Of a DNA stretch of 64,000 bases, positions 33,797-44,064 are shown piece by piece; position 1 is the stretch's first letter, and each line of letters starts with the position of its first letter. Both the position numbers and the translations under genes were made by a program. The notes beneath the pieces were generated by a model that saw only the letters and a program-made list of their open reading frames with translations, made no database searches and was not told where the DNA came from. This DNA comes from Lophium mytilinum (lineage: Eukaryota), in assembly GCA_010093605.1 (NCBI GenBank), contig MU004196.1:1324606-1388605 (forward strand), written 5' to 3'.

Positions 33797-35005
33797 TCAT
33801 CCAATCCATACCTCCTCCCCGGGCCCAGTAAACACCTCAGCTACATACACCAGCGTCTGCTCCGGCGTTTGATCCAACACAAGCACCAAATGTCCCCCCA
33901 TCGCCCTCAACATCACCCCACTCCCCTCCCACTCCCTCCACCCCTCCGCCGTAAACCACCCGGCCACCCACTCCATCGTCACAAAACTCATCGACATGCG
34001 CCTCGGCGCCCCGTGCGCTCCCGGATACGCCCCCAAAAACCTCGCCTCGGCCCCATTAACTAGCACCCGCTGCCCCTGCCCCGGAACCCGGTGATGCAGC
34101 GAATACGCCAGCGGCCCCATATCCTCCACATTGTTGTTGATAGGGATCAGCGCGCCTCCGAACATATACCGCTCCCATGTCCACCCCAGCTCCTGCCGCT
34201 GCGTCACGTCCTGCATGAACTCGCGGCAGTACCACGGCTCTACCGCCAGCTCGCCGCGCTCGGGGTGCACGAACATGGAGAAGGCGTGCGCAACTTCGTG
34301 CACGAGTGTCTGCGCGAGTACGAAGAGCTGCCGGTACCGGAGCGAGGTTGAGGCTTTCAGGTACTGGTACGCGAAAAAGTCGTAGAAGGAGTGGTGCAGG
34401 CCGATGGTCGGATGTTCGCGGTGGCGCTGCACGCGGGGCCATTTGAAAGGTTTGGCGAAGGGGACGAGAGTGTGGGAGTCGGATATGTCGCGGCCGGGGC
34501 AGGTGATACCGAAGACGCGGGACAGGTCGGGGCGCGCGGGGTTGGCGAACATGAAGAGGAAGGAGACGTTTTTCGACATCTTGAGAAAGGTGTCGGAGAC
34601 GGCGGAGGGGGTTGAGGGGGAGGTTTCGCGCGAGGAGGGCTCCAGGTAGTCGCGGGTGCAGTCGTAGCCTGAGAAGTGGACGTGGTGCCCATATAGGAGG
34701 CGGGGCCAGTAGGAGGAGATAGCTTTGGGATTTGTGAGGAGAAGGGAGGCGAGACGGAGTGCGGGTTTGAGGCGGTTGTAGATTCTTTCGGTGTCCTGGT
34801 TGGGGCCGGTTACCCAGCGGGAGAGCTTGAAAAGGGGATGGATTTCGTTGGTGAGGGAAGGCTGCGGGAGGCCGTCGTTGCCTTGAGTACCGGAGGCGAT
34901 GAGCTCTGCTTTTATTGTGAGGCATACGTTGAGGAGATTTGTTTCTTGGTCCTCGGGGAAGAAAGGGGTTTCATGTACGCCTTGCCCAAAGTTTATGGAG
35001 TTCAT
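33797..35005 (-). CDS. Uncharacterised HExxH zinc metallopeptidase-like protein (~402 aa), paralog 2
   Basis: TLVHEVAHAF and QELGWTWERYMFGG; shares GLP.PSL.N.IH.LF..SRWVT, PAL.LAS, YWP, HPTI.L, EPWY, FLG.Y with 6251-7465. Confidence 0.8.
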   Translation of the reverse strand: MNSINFGQGVHETPFFPEDQETNLLNVCLTIKAELIASGTQGNDGLPQPSLTNEIHPLFKLSRWVTGPNQDTERIYNRLKPALRLASLLLTNPKAISSYWPRLLYGHHVHFSGYDCTRDYLEPSSRETSPSTPSAVSDTFLKMSKNVSFLFMFANPARPDLSRVFGITCPGRDISDSHTLVPFAKPFKWPRVQRHREHPTIGLHHSFYDFFAYQYLKASTSLRYRQLFVLAQTLVHEVAHAFSMFVHPERGELAVEPWYCREFMQDVTQRQELGWTWERYMFGGALIPINNNVEDMGPLAYSLHHRVPGQGQRVLVNGAEARFLGAYPGAHGAPRRMSMSFVTMEWVAGWFTAEGWREWEGSGVMLRAMGGHLVLVLDQTPEQTLVYVAEVFTGPGEEVWIG

Positions 35006-35433
35006 CACGCGAATAGACTAACAAAGCAATACACGGTTCGCAAGAGAGTCAAAATTGGGAAGTCCATATTTGGGGGAGGCGGAAGCCGTGTTTGTATTGC
35101 TGTAAGTGCTGTGCTGTCTGTGTTATGCGTTAGTGGCACATCATGTGCGCATCCATTCTAACGCGCTGGCCATGCAAGCTTGACACGTGTCCCAGCAAAT
35201 GTGAAGCATTCTAGGAGGCTGTTTCCATATGATTTGGCATGTTATGCCGCGTCGGAGTCTCAAATAATACAACGTTTACGAATTTATTGGACTGGTAGAC
35301 ATGATTTGAGAGCGAAAGAGGACTCGCGTAGAGCATGAAGTGTGTTGGCGTCGAGAGGGATAAAAATAGATGTACTGGTAAGATATTATATGAGGGGATG
35401 TAAAGATATGCATTGGTGGCACCTATGTGCAGT

Positions 35434-35943
35434 CTATTCTTGCGTGTTGGAAGTGTTGGCATGACACGCTCTAGTGGAGGCAAGAGCAAGTGATTCAGGC
35501 GTACAACCGGGAGATCATGTCGTCTGCTCAGAGGGTTGCTGGGACTGTTCCACGTGATCTAGAAATCCGTTACGGTGATAATGCACACCAGTCGCTTGGT
35601 TCTGCTGTCACTGAGATAGGCGTGCATGTGCACGCTTGGTCCGACGACGCTACTCCCCTTCAAGGCGAGCCGCTTCCGTGATCTCAGCGCCGAGTGCGGC
35701 GATCTAGCGTTCATGGTTAGCCGTTCGCCGATCGCGTGCACCACTTCTAGCTTGCTCTCTCTTCTTAAGCCTAACCCGGCGATCGAGATCGACCTTCATC
35801 CGGTGGGCCTTCATCTCGGCATCCTCGATAGCTAATTGCCGCTTGCGCTCTCGCCGCTCAGCATCAGCGGCATTGAAAGCTGCTTGAGCTTCTTCATGGG
35901 TGCCACGAGATTGGCCAGCGCCCGGGCGGAGGGTTTGCGGCAT
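35434..35943 (-). pseudogene. Orphan array member A, nonsense-disrupted
   Basis: MPQTLR..coiled coil; frame continues through TAG 35706-35704, TAG 35652-35650, TGA 35610-35608 to HRNGFLDHVEQSQQPSEQTT, matching LRNEFLNGVGRGTEGSQQTS of member B; 3' end approximate. Confidence 0.7.
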
Positions 35944-36615
35944 GTTGGCGTGGGATTTGTAGTGTTGCTGGACTCTTTGTCAATGTTGTGCTTTTGGTAA
36001 CCGTGGTCTTTTGGAGTTTGGTGTGGGCAACCATTTAGTATGTTGGAGACTCGAAGAAGACGAAAAGGACCAGGACTAATCTCGAGCGTGTTATATATCG
36101 ATTCTTTGCAATTGCGGAAAGATTTGTTCCGGGAGAGATGCTTGCTATTGAACTTGCACGTTGTAAAAAAACGGTATACCCTGCTAATGGTTGAGAATGC
36201 TCGTCAAACAGTTGTCCCGAGTTGGGCATGTCGAGGCAAAATAGTCACTCTGAAGAGGCTAAGAGTGTTTTGCTTTTGTATGACATCTGCGGATGAATTA
36301 GATCAGTATGGTAGCTTATAGAAGTGGAGGGCACTTACCCGGAAGGCAAAGAAATAATAGTCATAGGTGGACAGACACAAGTGTACGTATGAGTTATTGG
36401 TTTGTATTGTATGGAGCAATCTAAGGTTGTGCGCTGGCGGCACCTATGTGCACATCAATTTCAACGCGGGAAGTATCTCAGGGTAGAATCACCTGATCTA
36501 TGCGAGCAGGCAAACTATGTCGAGCTGAGAGTTTTGTTCCCATTCATGACTAGTGGATGCCCAAGTTCATGGGAGATCGAATGCCAGGGAGCTGCTTCTA
36601 GGGCGGCTTAGACCA

Positions 36616-37308
36616 TTACACGTCGTCACCGTCCCAGAAGCCAGAGGAACCGCCATCGCGGCGGGAAGCATTGCCAGTCCGACGGGATGTCTCCCGTGTG
36701 CGCTGGGAATTGCCGGATGTCTGTTGCGAACCTTCAGTTCCGCGGCCCACTCCATTCAGGAACTCATTGCGCAGCCCCCGCACACTGCTTGGAGCTGCTG
36801 TGCGGGTGGACTGGTGCGGCTGACGGTGCGTGGACTGGTGGGTTTGACGAGTCGTGGATTGCTGAGTTTGGCGAGACGTAGACTGGTGCGGTAGTCCAGA
36901 CGTGGACCGCTGTGGTTGGCGGCGGGTGGACTGCTGGCTGCTCGTGTACGACGGCGCTGGCCGACGCTGGGAGCCATACTGTGTGTGGCTACGGCCACCT
37001 AGCCGGCTCTCAAGCGGATCCTCGCGGACCCGTCCGAGCAGAGCATCAATGTCGCGCCGATCTTGCTCGATCTCCGCTCTCTTAGCTATGCTCTCTTTTG
37101 CACGCTCGCGCCGCTCTTCCGCCATCTCCGCTTTCCTGGCATCGCTCTCTTTTTCAAACTTCACCCTATTGGCTTTATGCCTCGCCTCCATCTCGACCAT
37201 GTCCCTTGCGTGGCGAGCATCTATTTCAGCAAGGTCTCGGTTGCCTTTGGCGATGATGCCCTCGACGCGCCTGGCCTCCTCTTCATCGGTGCGGAAGCTT
37301 GAAGGCAT
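36616..37308 (-). CDS. Orphan array member B (230 aa): E/R/A coiled coil plus (QST.RQ..)n repeats
   Basis: Intact ORF; TATA-like at ~37465; strong nucleotide and protein similarity to member C (C-terminal GNAS...GGSSGFWD). Confidence 0.8.
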   Translation of the reverse strand: MPSSFRTDEEEARRVEGIIAKGNRDLAEIDARHARDMVEMEARHKANRVKFEKESDARKAEMAEERRERAKESIAKRAEIEQDRRDIDALLGRVREDPLESRLGGRSHTQYGSQRRPAPSYTSSQQSTRRQPQRSTSGLPHQSTSRQTQQSTTRQTHQSTHRQPHQSTRTAAPSSVRGLRNEFLNGVGRGTEGSQQTSGNSQRTRETSRRTGNASRRDGGSSGFWDGDDV

Positions 37309-38014
37309 ATTGCTGTGGTAGCCTGTGCTGTTCTGCGAACCTGTAGGAATTTTGAGGTTCTGGAAGTTCTAGTGTTATGAGCTGTTGGTAGAAGAAGCTT
37401 TGAGTGTCTTGAGTTTTCTGAGGACTTGGTGAAGAAGAAAAGGTTGAGGGCGGGATTAGAAGGCCTTATATACTGATTTATTGTAAGTAGACTATGGTGT
37501 AATAACTAAACAGTGCTTCTTTGTAACTTGTATATTGTGCAAGAACAATGTATTCGTGTACTAGTTGATGATACTTCCAAGAAGTTTGCCTTCATTTATG
37601 AGTGGCGAGGCAAAGAATCAGGGTAAAAGAAGTCACGGTGAAAAGGCTAAGAGTATCTTGCTTTAGTATGATATGCGCATGAATCAGGTACTAGCTTTAA
37701 GTATTTGGGAGCTCCTATATGGAGTCAGAAGAAACAGTACGAATATGAGATGGGAAAGTCAATAGTGTTCGTGCAAGGTATTGATTTGTATTGTAGAAGT
37801 GGATAGATAGAAAGCTCTTCGTTGGTTGCACGTATGTGCAATTAATTCCAACGTGCTGGCCGTGTAAGTATGACACGCACCAGCTAGGGTGAGAACTCTC
37901 TGAGCGAAGTCACCTGATTTATCTGCGCCGGCATTTCATGCCTAACTGTGAACCTCGCAGATATTTATTCGCTATTGAGAAGCGACTTCAAGATACCTCT
38001 ATTGGGTAAGACAG

Positions 38015-38524
38015 CTAATTGTCATTGACGTCCCAGAAGCCAGAGGAGCCGCCATTGCAGCTGGAAGCATTGCCAGTACGCTCGCCCTGTGAGTGGCTAG
38101 ATGTTCCATTGGAACCCCCAGTCGCGCGGCCCACGCCATTCAGGAATGTATCCCGCATCCCCCGCGCACTGCTTGGAGCTGCTGTGCGGGTAGATTGAGA
38201 TTGACGGTGCGTGGACTGTTGCAGTTGGCGAGACGTGGAGTGCCCTGGCTGGCGACGGGTGGATTGCTGGCTGGTGGTGTGCGCTGGGCGAGGATCCTCG
38301 CGGAGCCTGGCGAGGAAGGTATCAGTCTCGCGCCGCTCTTCTGCGTTATTGCTCGGATACCTCGCCTCAATATCGGCTATTTTCTTTTCGTAGTCGATGT
38401 TGCGCTGTTCCATGCGGGCGTCGATCTCGGCAATTTCGGCCTCAAACTTGGCCCTCTTCTCTTAAAGAGTTCGGACGGGTTGGCCGTGGGATCGATCAGC
38501 ACCGGTGCGGGAGCTTCCAGGCAT
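38015..38524 (-). pseudogene. Orphan array member C, single in-frame TAA at codon 21 (or N-truncated product from ATG 38413)
   Basis: MPGSSRTG..VRTL*EKRAKFEAEIAEIDARMEQ..; ORFs 38462-38887 and 38015-38413 are in the same frame; paralog of B. Confidence 0.75.
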
Positions 38525-39494
38525 GTTGGGTCCTGTGTTGTGGGTAGAACCGGTATTGGTGGTGATTCTGGTTGTTTGAGTTTTTGGGAAGCTGTGGAAG
38601 GAAGCTTTGAGTGTCTTGATGTTGTCTGAAGACATGGTGAAGAAGAAAAGATGAGGGCTGGATCGGATGGGCTTATATATCGATTTGCTGTAGCTCCGCA
38701 ATGCGATATGTTCAATAGCACCATGTTGTGGGTAGCTACACTGTGTGATGTTGATGAACAATGTGATATAAAAGGTCATATACTCTCTCAACACTGCGCC
38801 TGGTATATTGGCGCTGTGTATTATTAATGAACAGTGCGATTGGCTGCATTCCACGGCTCTTTCCGTGAACACTGGGAAGTCGAGCATGAATGGAGCTGGA
38901 AATCCTACAGTCCTAGGATATATACTCGAGAGCTCTCAGTAGTCGTCTCAAAACTGCCGCTAAAAGAATTCGGAAATTTCGACTACGATTCGGAGATCGA
39001 TGAAGTAGAAGATAGACAGTTGGGCAACTAACAGATCATCGACTACCTTCTAGATACCTTGCAGTGGCGAGGTGCGAGAGGTATGAAAGCTAAAACAGCT
39101 ATGATGTGCTTATGAGATAGCTGTGCGACGTCGTATTTTAGGCGCAACTGACCCTTCAGTGACATTCTCATATCGGCGAGGTAGGGGTACCAGCGGAGAT
39201 CGATGGTAGTCAAGCATGGGCGGCACTAGATTTGATAAGAAGAGAAGTCACACATATTTGGAATGGACAAAAGTATGGAGAATGTGTTGTTTTCGGCTTA
39301 AGATGCTAGGGTTACCTATTGGTAGCAAACGTATGCCAAGGAGCAGGCTCTCGCCTAAGGCTATCAGAGAGGGGGAACCAAACGAATCTGCGAAGTTCAT
39401 CGATTTTCTGGATTACCCTTCCATCATCTCAGGCGGATTTAGCTGGGTCCTGTGGCGAGAGGTAGCAGATGCATAGCCCATCCGCGATCAATAT

Positions 39495-40322
39495 CTACCA
39501 AAGACCGAGAGCCGATAGCGTGGCACTCACCAAATTTACGTTGGTGGCAGGCTCGGCTGGCGTCTTGGCTGGATTCTCGGCTGCTGTCTTGGTTGGTGTC
39601 GCCGCTGGGAGATTCGTGTTTGGCCGAGTTTTCGCAGACGGTTCCCGGTGCGAGCTCGATTGCCACGATCGCCCGGCAAGAGAATCGGACAACAGAATAT
39701 ACGAATCGCGATGGCGAAGTCGAGTAGATCCAGACTCTTGTCGTGCGCGAGGTTGGCTTATGGAATGTCGTGTTGAATAGGGCTCGTAACGAGCCTCATT
39801 GCGCTGCCAGTCTCCGCCGGATCGCCTACGTGACTGTGAGCTCGGGGGCAGATCACCCGTCCGCAAAGACTGTGAGCTTCGACGCGAGTCACCTGTCCGT
39901 GAAGACTGTGAGCTTTGGCGCCCGTCGCTGCTCTTGAGCGTGCCACCCGTCCGCGATGACTGTGAGCTCTGACGCCCCCCACCGTTCCGGTGCGAGTCAC
40001 CCGTATGCAAAGGCAGAGACTCGCTCTTCAGAAAGGACGGTAGCGACGGGCGGGACGTCCTGTCGGGGATGACCTGGTCGGCCTTGGCAAACCTCACCGT
40101 CTTCTTGGACCTGCCATGCCTTCCAGCTTTGCGGAGGGCACCTTTCGCGCGCCTGGATTCCCTGCGTTGGTGGGTCACATCCGGGGCGTGGGCTGGATCA
40201 TCCAGCCGTCGACGCTCTGATAGCGTGCTCAGGATCGGCTGGGAATCCCGATCGGAGCTCCTAGCGTAGGGGTTCGGCCCCCGACGGGAGTAGCCGGTGG
40301 TGTGACGAGATGCAGGAGGCAT
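39495..40322 (-). CDS. Orphan array member D (275 aa), Arg/Ser-rich with (R.SSQS.RTG)n repeats
   Basis: Intact ORF; N-terminus (S.H.TG.S...RR.DDP) and promoter resemble member E. Confidence 0.7.
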   Translation of the reverse strand: MPPASRHTTGYSRRGPNPYARSSDRDSQPILSTLSERRRLDDPAHAPDVTHQRRESRRAKGALRKAGRHGRSKKTVRFAKADQVIPDRTSRPSLPSFLKSESLPLHTGDSHRNGGGRQSSQSSRTGGTLKSSDGRQSSQSSRTGDSRRSSQSLRTGDLPPSSQSRRRSGGDWQRNEARYEPYSTRHSISQPRARQESGSTRLRHRDSYILLSDSLAGRSWQSSSHREPSAKTRPNTNLPAATPTKTAAENPAKTPAEPATNVNLVSATLSALGLW

Positions 40323-41258
40323 TGTCGTCTGGGTGTTGGCTAGTGGAATTTGGGGGTTTGAGTCTGTGATTTTTGGGAAGCTTGGAAGATGGGTATGAAC
40401 TTGTGTTTCGAAGCTTGGAAGACTCGATTTGGTGCAGAGGAGAATAAGAGCGGAGTAAAAGCGTTTTATATAGTTTCATCTTTGGCCCATACAATGGTAT
40501 GTTGCCCTTCACAATCGACTCTACCCTTGAGTTATCGTCTTTGAACGTACACAATGAGTGCTATTCGTGCACAATAAGCTTCGAAAGAGTTGTAGGACGA
40601 TGGATGATGACGAATGGTAAGCGTGGGAGCTGAAGGATGGCATCGAAGATCGCCATGATGTCCATGCTTAGGGAAGAATAATGAACCCTGGGTATGACGC
40701 CGAGTTTCGAGAATTCCAGGCTTCAGGAGACTGCCAATTTTGACTTTTGATTCAAAATCCGGAATTCTGAATGTACGACTATCAAGGACAGACACTAGGG
40801 ATTTGGAAAGCAAGACCGAAACGTCATATTGTCTAGCCGTAGGGCGCCCCCAAATATATAATCCGAGCAGGGGTGTGCAGGGCTGAAAAGGGAACATGTA
40901 GACTCCTGGTTTTGTTCCTGAGACATGTTTCCTCTTCACAGGACGCACGGATGGGATCAAGGGAACAGGACACTCACGACAAGTTTGAAATCAGTGCAGG
41001 CAAACAGAGCAGAAAAGAGTAGATGTAAGTGGAATGTATTTTTCGCCTGATAGGGTGATGTTCTCACACGTTGGTGGCACCTATGTGCACATGAAACCCA
41101 ACGCGTAAGGGGAAAGGACTAGGCAGCTTGATTCAAAGCTATGCCGCTCAGCGCATTATGCTAAGCTTGAGGCTCTCACCACTTGATGTTAATGCCCGAA
41201 TCCAGGGCCTGTCGATGTCGACTTCCGTAGTATGAGATATTTAGTAGCCATCTCCATT

Positions 41259-42098
41259 CTAGAAGTTTGACGAGCCACCGTTGCGGTGAGCAGACTCATC
41301 TTGACGACGAGAGGCGTCCTGTGTGCGCGTTGGCCGAGAATCTCGAGCGGTTCGATGAGAGGATGCGGCGATGCGCCGAGAAGGCTCATCATGACGACGA
41401 GTGGTGCCTTGTGCATGCGTTATTCGGGAATCTCCAGTGGTCTGCTGGGAGGATCCAGCGATTCGCCGAGAAGGCTCATGCTTACCACGAGTGGTGCCCT
41501 GTGCACGCGTTGTTCGGGAATCTCCAGTAGTCTGCTGGGAAGATCCAGTGATACGTCGGGAAGGCTCATCCTGACGACGAGTGGTGGCCTGTGTAAGAGT
41601 CGACCGAGAATCTACAGTGGTTCGCTGGGAGACTCCAGCGACGCGCGCTACCTCACGAGCCAACCCGTCACGAAGCCCACGCGCACGATCGGGCTCAACC
41701 GCGAAAGTCGGACGAGCTTGAGAGTGGCTGGTCTGAGGACGTCGGCTCCCGGGCCGATTGCGTTCCTGGCGCTCTATCTCAAGCTCAGCTAGCTCTTTCA
41801 CAAATGCAACGTAGTCGCGATCGGATTTGGCTGCGCTGGCATTGCATTCGGCGAGGATGGCATCGAATTCGCCTTGGATGGCATCGAATTCACCTTGGAT
41901 GCGATCCATGGAAGCTAGCGTTCGATCCCACTCGCGTAGCGAATGCTGCGCCTCGTCTAGAAGGCGGCTTGGGTCATCTGGATGACGGCGGTCTTGTCGA
42001 GTGGTACGGCTCGACTCCTGATAGGAGCGGCCGGTGTTGTGAGATGGCTGAGAAGGCATGCCGGAACGGCCGTTGTTGCGCGTCGACTCGGAAGGCAT
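41259..42098 (-). CDS. Orphan array member E (279 aa): coiled coil plus four 30-aa repeats
   Basis: ATG at 42098; ARGLRDGLAREVARVAGVSQRT matches VRGLRNEFLNGVGRGTEGSQQT of B; 90-bp repeats starting 41291, 41381, 41471, 41561; ends RNGGSSNF like B/C. Confidence 0.8.
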   Translation of the reverse strand: MPSESTRNNGRSGMPSQPSHNTGRSYQESSRTTRQDRRHPDDPSRLLDEAQHSLREWDRTLASMDRIQGEFDAIQGEFDAILAECNASAAKSDRDYVAFVKELAELEIERQERNRPGSRRPQTSHSQARPTFAVEPDRARGLRDGLAREVARVAGVSQRTTVDSRSTLTQATTRRQDEPSRRITGSSQQTTGDSRTTRAQGTTRGKHEPSRRIAGSSQQTTGDSRITHAQGTTRRHDEPSRRIAASSHRTARDSRPTRTQDASRRQDESAHRNGGSSNF

Positions 42099-42576
42099 AC
42101 CGAATGTCTGGTGGTGGTGGGTTGGGATTGTGAAGTTTGAGTTTGGAATTTTGGGTAAGCTTTGTGAGTACTTGGAAGCTTGAACGAAACTCAGTTTGGT
42201 GAAAAATGAAACGAGAGGTGAGCCGAGGGGCTTTATGTACTCCCATCTTGGGATCAAAAGACCACATATGTGCAATTACAATGAAACCTACGTTTGAAAG
42301 ATGTGTGCTGTAATGGACACAATGAGTATTGTTCGTGCACAATGACTTCAACAGAATCCACCTGGAAATAGAACGATGGTACCTGAGGAGATTTGGGGAA
42401 CTTTACCAAGAATTCCTGCTAGCGAGGCCCTTTCTGAGAACCCATCGGTGGGAACCGTCGAGCTGATTGCGGGCTCAACACGGTGTAGGACGAACATTCG
42501 GAGTATATTCCAACGTCATCTTACCCCCCATAGCAACCCTATATACTCCCTTTCCTATATAGTTAATGTAATAAGA

Positions 42577-43083
42577 TAGTGATGGAAATGGACTGGAGTA
42601 GACTGGATGAAGCCTTTAATCCACGCGGTCCACTAGAAATCGCTGTAGAGCTCCAGGAGCGCCAGGAGCTCTACAATAGGGCTAAGGGTTACCTAATATA
42701 GCTAGTATCTATCTAAGAAGAGTTTAGTGTAGGTAAGTTTTAGGTGAAAGGTTTAAAGAGCCTTATATATTACTATTAGCTTATAGGTTTATAGCTAAAT
42801 AACAGCTAGAAAGGTAATAGAGCTTATAGAGTAGGCATTTTAGAAGATCTAGAAGGTAACTAGCACGCAAAAGCTATGTAAAAATTACGTAAGTATTACG
42901 TGACTATTTGCCTGAACCAATTAGAACCTAAGAAATATTGGCCTAGGAAGCCATTAGAGCGCCAGGATTATCTATAACCTTTAATCCACGCGGTCCAAAT
43001 AGAAACCCAGTCTAATCTAAAGCTTTCTTCGGGTGGCTCTATCTAGTCCAAGTCTAAATGGCTCCAGTCCATTTCCATTACTG
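42577..43083. mobile_element. Non-autonomous hAT element (MITE, 507 bp), RIP-mutated
   Basis: 22-bp TIRs tagtgatggaaatggactggag / ctccagtccatttccattactg; 8-bp TSD taataaga (42569-42576) vs caacaaga (43084-43091); left ~125 bp resemble reverse complement of 5722-5843. Confidence 0.9.
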
Positions 43084-43491
43084 CAACAAGAGTTCACCAT
43101 TATTAGGCGTTTTAGCCAGCAATCACGAGTCTCAAGGAGATTGATCATTACCAACAGACCAGTGATATAGGAAAGATTCGAACTATCGAGGCATTTGACA
43201 CGCTTCAATGCAAGTCATATGAGCGGTATGGGAATGTGGTGATTTGTAAGATGGGATTGGGGTTGCATAGATTGATGCACGGGAGAAATTATGGCGCATT
43301 GGAAGCGTATTGACCATCACCTAGCTGCGGGAGAAAGACACATGCTATGAAAGACGACGCATCAAGTATGAGACACGAGCACGGGCGTCGTGCACCTCAG
43401 GCTACGACATGTTCGATGTCGAAACGCTTGGATCCCGCCCATACTTCATAAAATCGGTTCGGTGAGTGACGACTCGCAAGGCATCATGCTC

Positions 43492-44064
43492 TCAGAAATT
43501 GTCAATGATATCATCAAAATGATGATCACCTCCAGCTTTCTTCTCAGGCTTCCGACGACTAGTGGACCTATGTCGGGGGGGTGCGCCGGGTATCACTGCC
43601 CTCGCTGTGGACCGCTTCCGTTCGCGCGATCGACCATCACCATCACCCGCCTTTCCTAGGCGAGGCTCGATGGCGGCATCGAAGGACGCTTCATTCTCCG
43701 CAGGATCGACTACTCGCGTCCTTGACCGATTCCTGGAGGCCTCGCGACGGAGTACGGCGGGTACCTGCTTCTTGGAGTGCGTGCGCTGAAGTGGTGGTGC
43801 CCCGATTGTCATGGAGCGCTTACGCTCCAGCCTTGACCTACTCCATTCACTCGCGGCTTCATCCATCGCGGGATCCACTGAACGACCCCGGTTCTCTTCG
43901 GTGACATGGCTCCGCTGGTATTCTTCTCGAAGAGCGTGGTATTGCTTGGCTCGCTCTTCTCCAATAGCCCGAGTCTTCTCTTCGAGGCCGCGTTGGAGAT
44001 CTCCTATCACGGCTACCAATTCTGGGTCGGGCTTCTTCGCTGTCTCAGAGCCGCGCCTGGACAT
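43492..44064 (-). CDS. Small orphan protein (190 aa), coiled coil plus Arg-rich; possible distant array member F
   Basis: Intact ORF, same strand and size class as array; internal repeat VDPA..EAS; upstream gtgcacaatg and gtgaacaat motifs like D/E promoters. Confidence 0.65.
   Translation of the reverse strand: MSRRGSETAKKPDPELVAVIGDLQRGLEEKTRAIGEERAKQYHALREEYQRSHVTEENRGRSVDPAMDEAASEWSRSRLERKRSMTIGAPPLQRTHSKKQVPAVLRREASRNRSRTRVVDPAENEASFDAAIEPRLGKAGDGDGRSRERKRSTARAVIPGAPPRHRSTSRRKPEKKAGGDHHFDDIIDNF

Noticed and set aside
35434..38524. Premature stops as targets of sexual-stage A-to-I editing
   Set aside because: Would need four edits in A and a double edit of TAA in C, inserting Trp into Q/R-rich low-complexity sequence; C-to-T decay is simpler. 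Only cDNA could exclude it fully
5722..42700. Related hAT ends in inverted orientation bracketing 36.7 kb, suggesting a giant composite transposon carrying the cluster
   Set aside because: The ends face away from the enclosed segment, the TIRs differ in sequence, and the 42577 end has its own partner TIR and TSD at 43083
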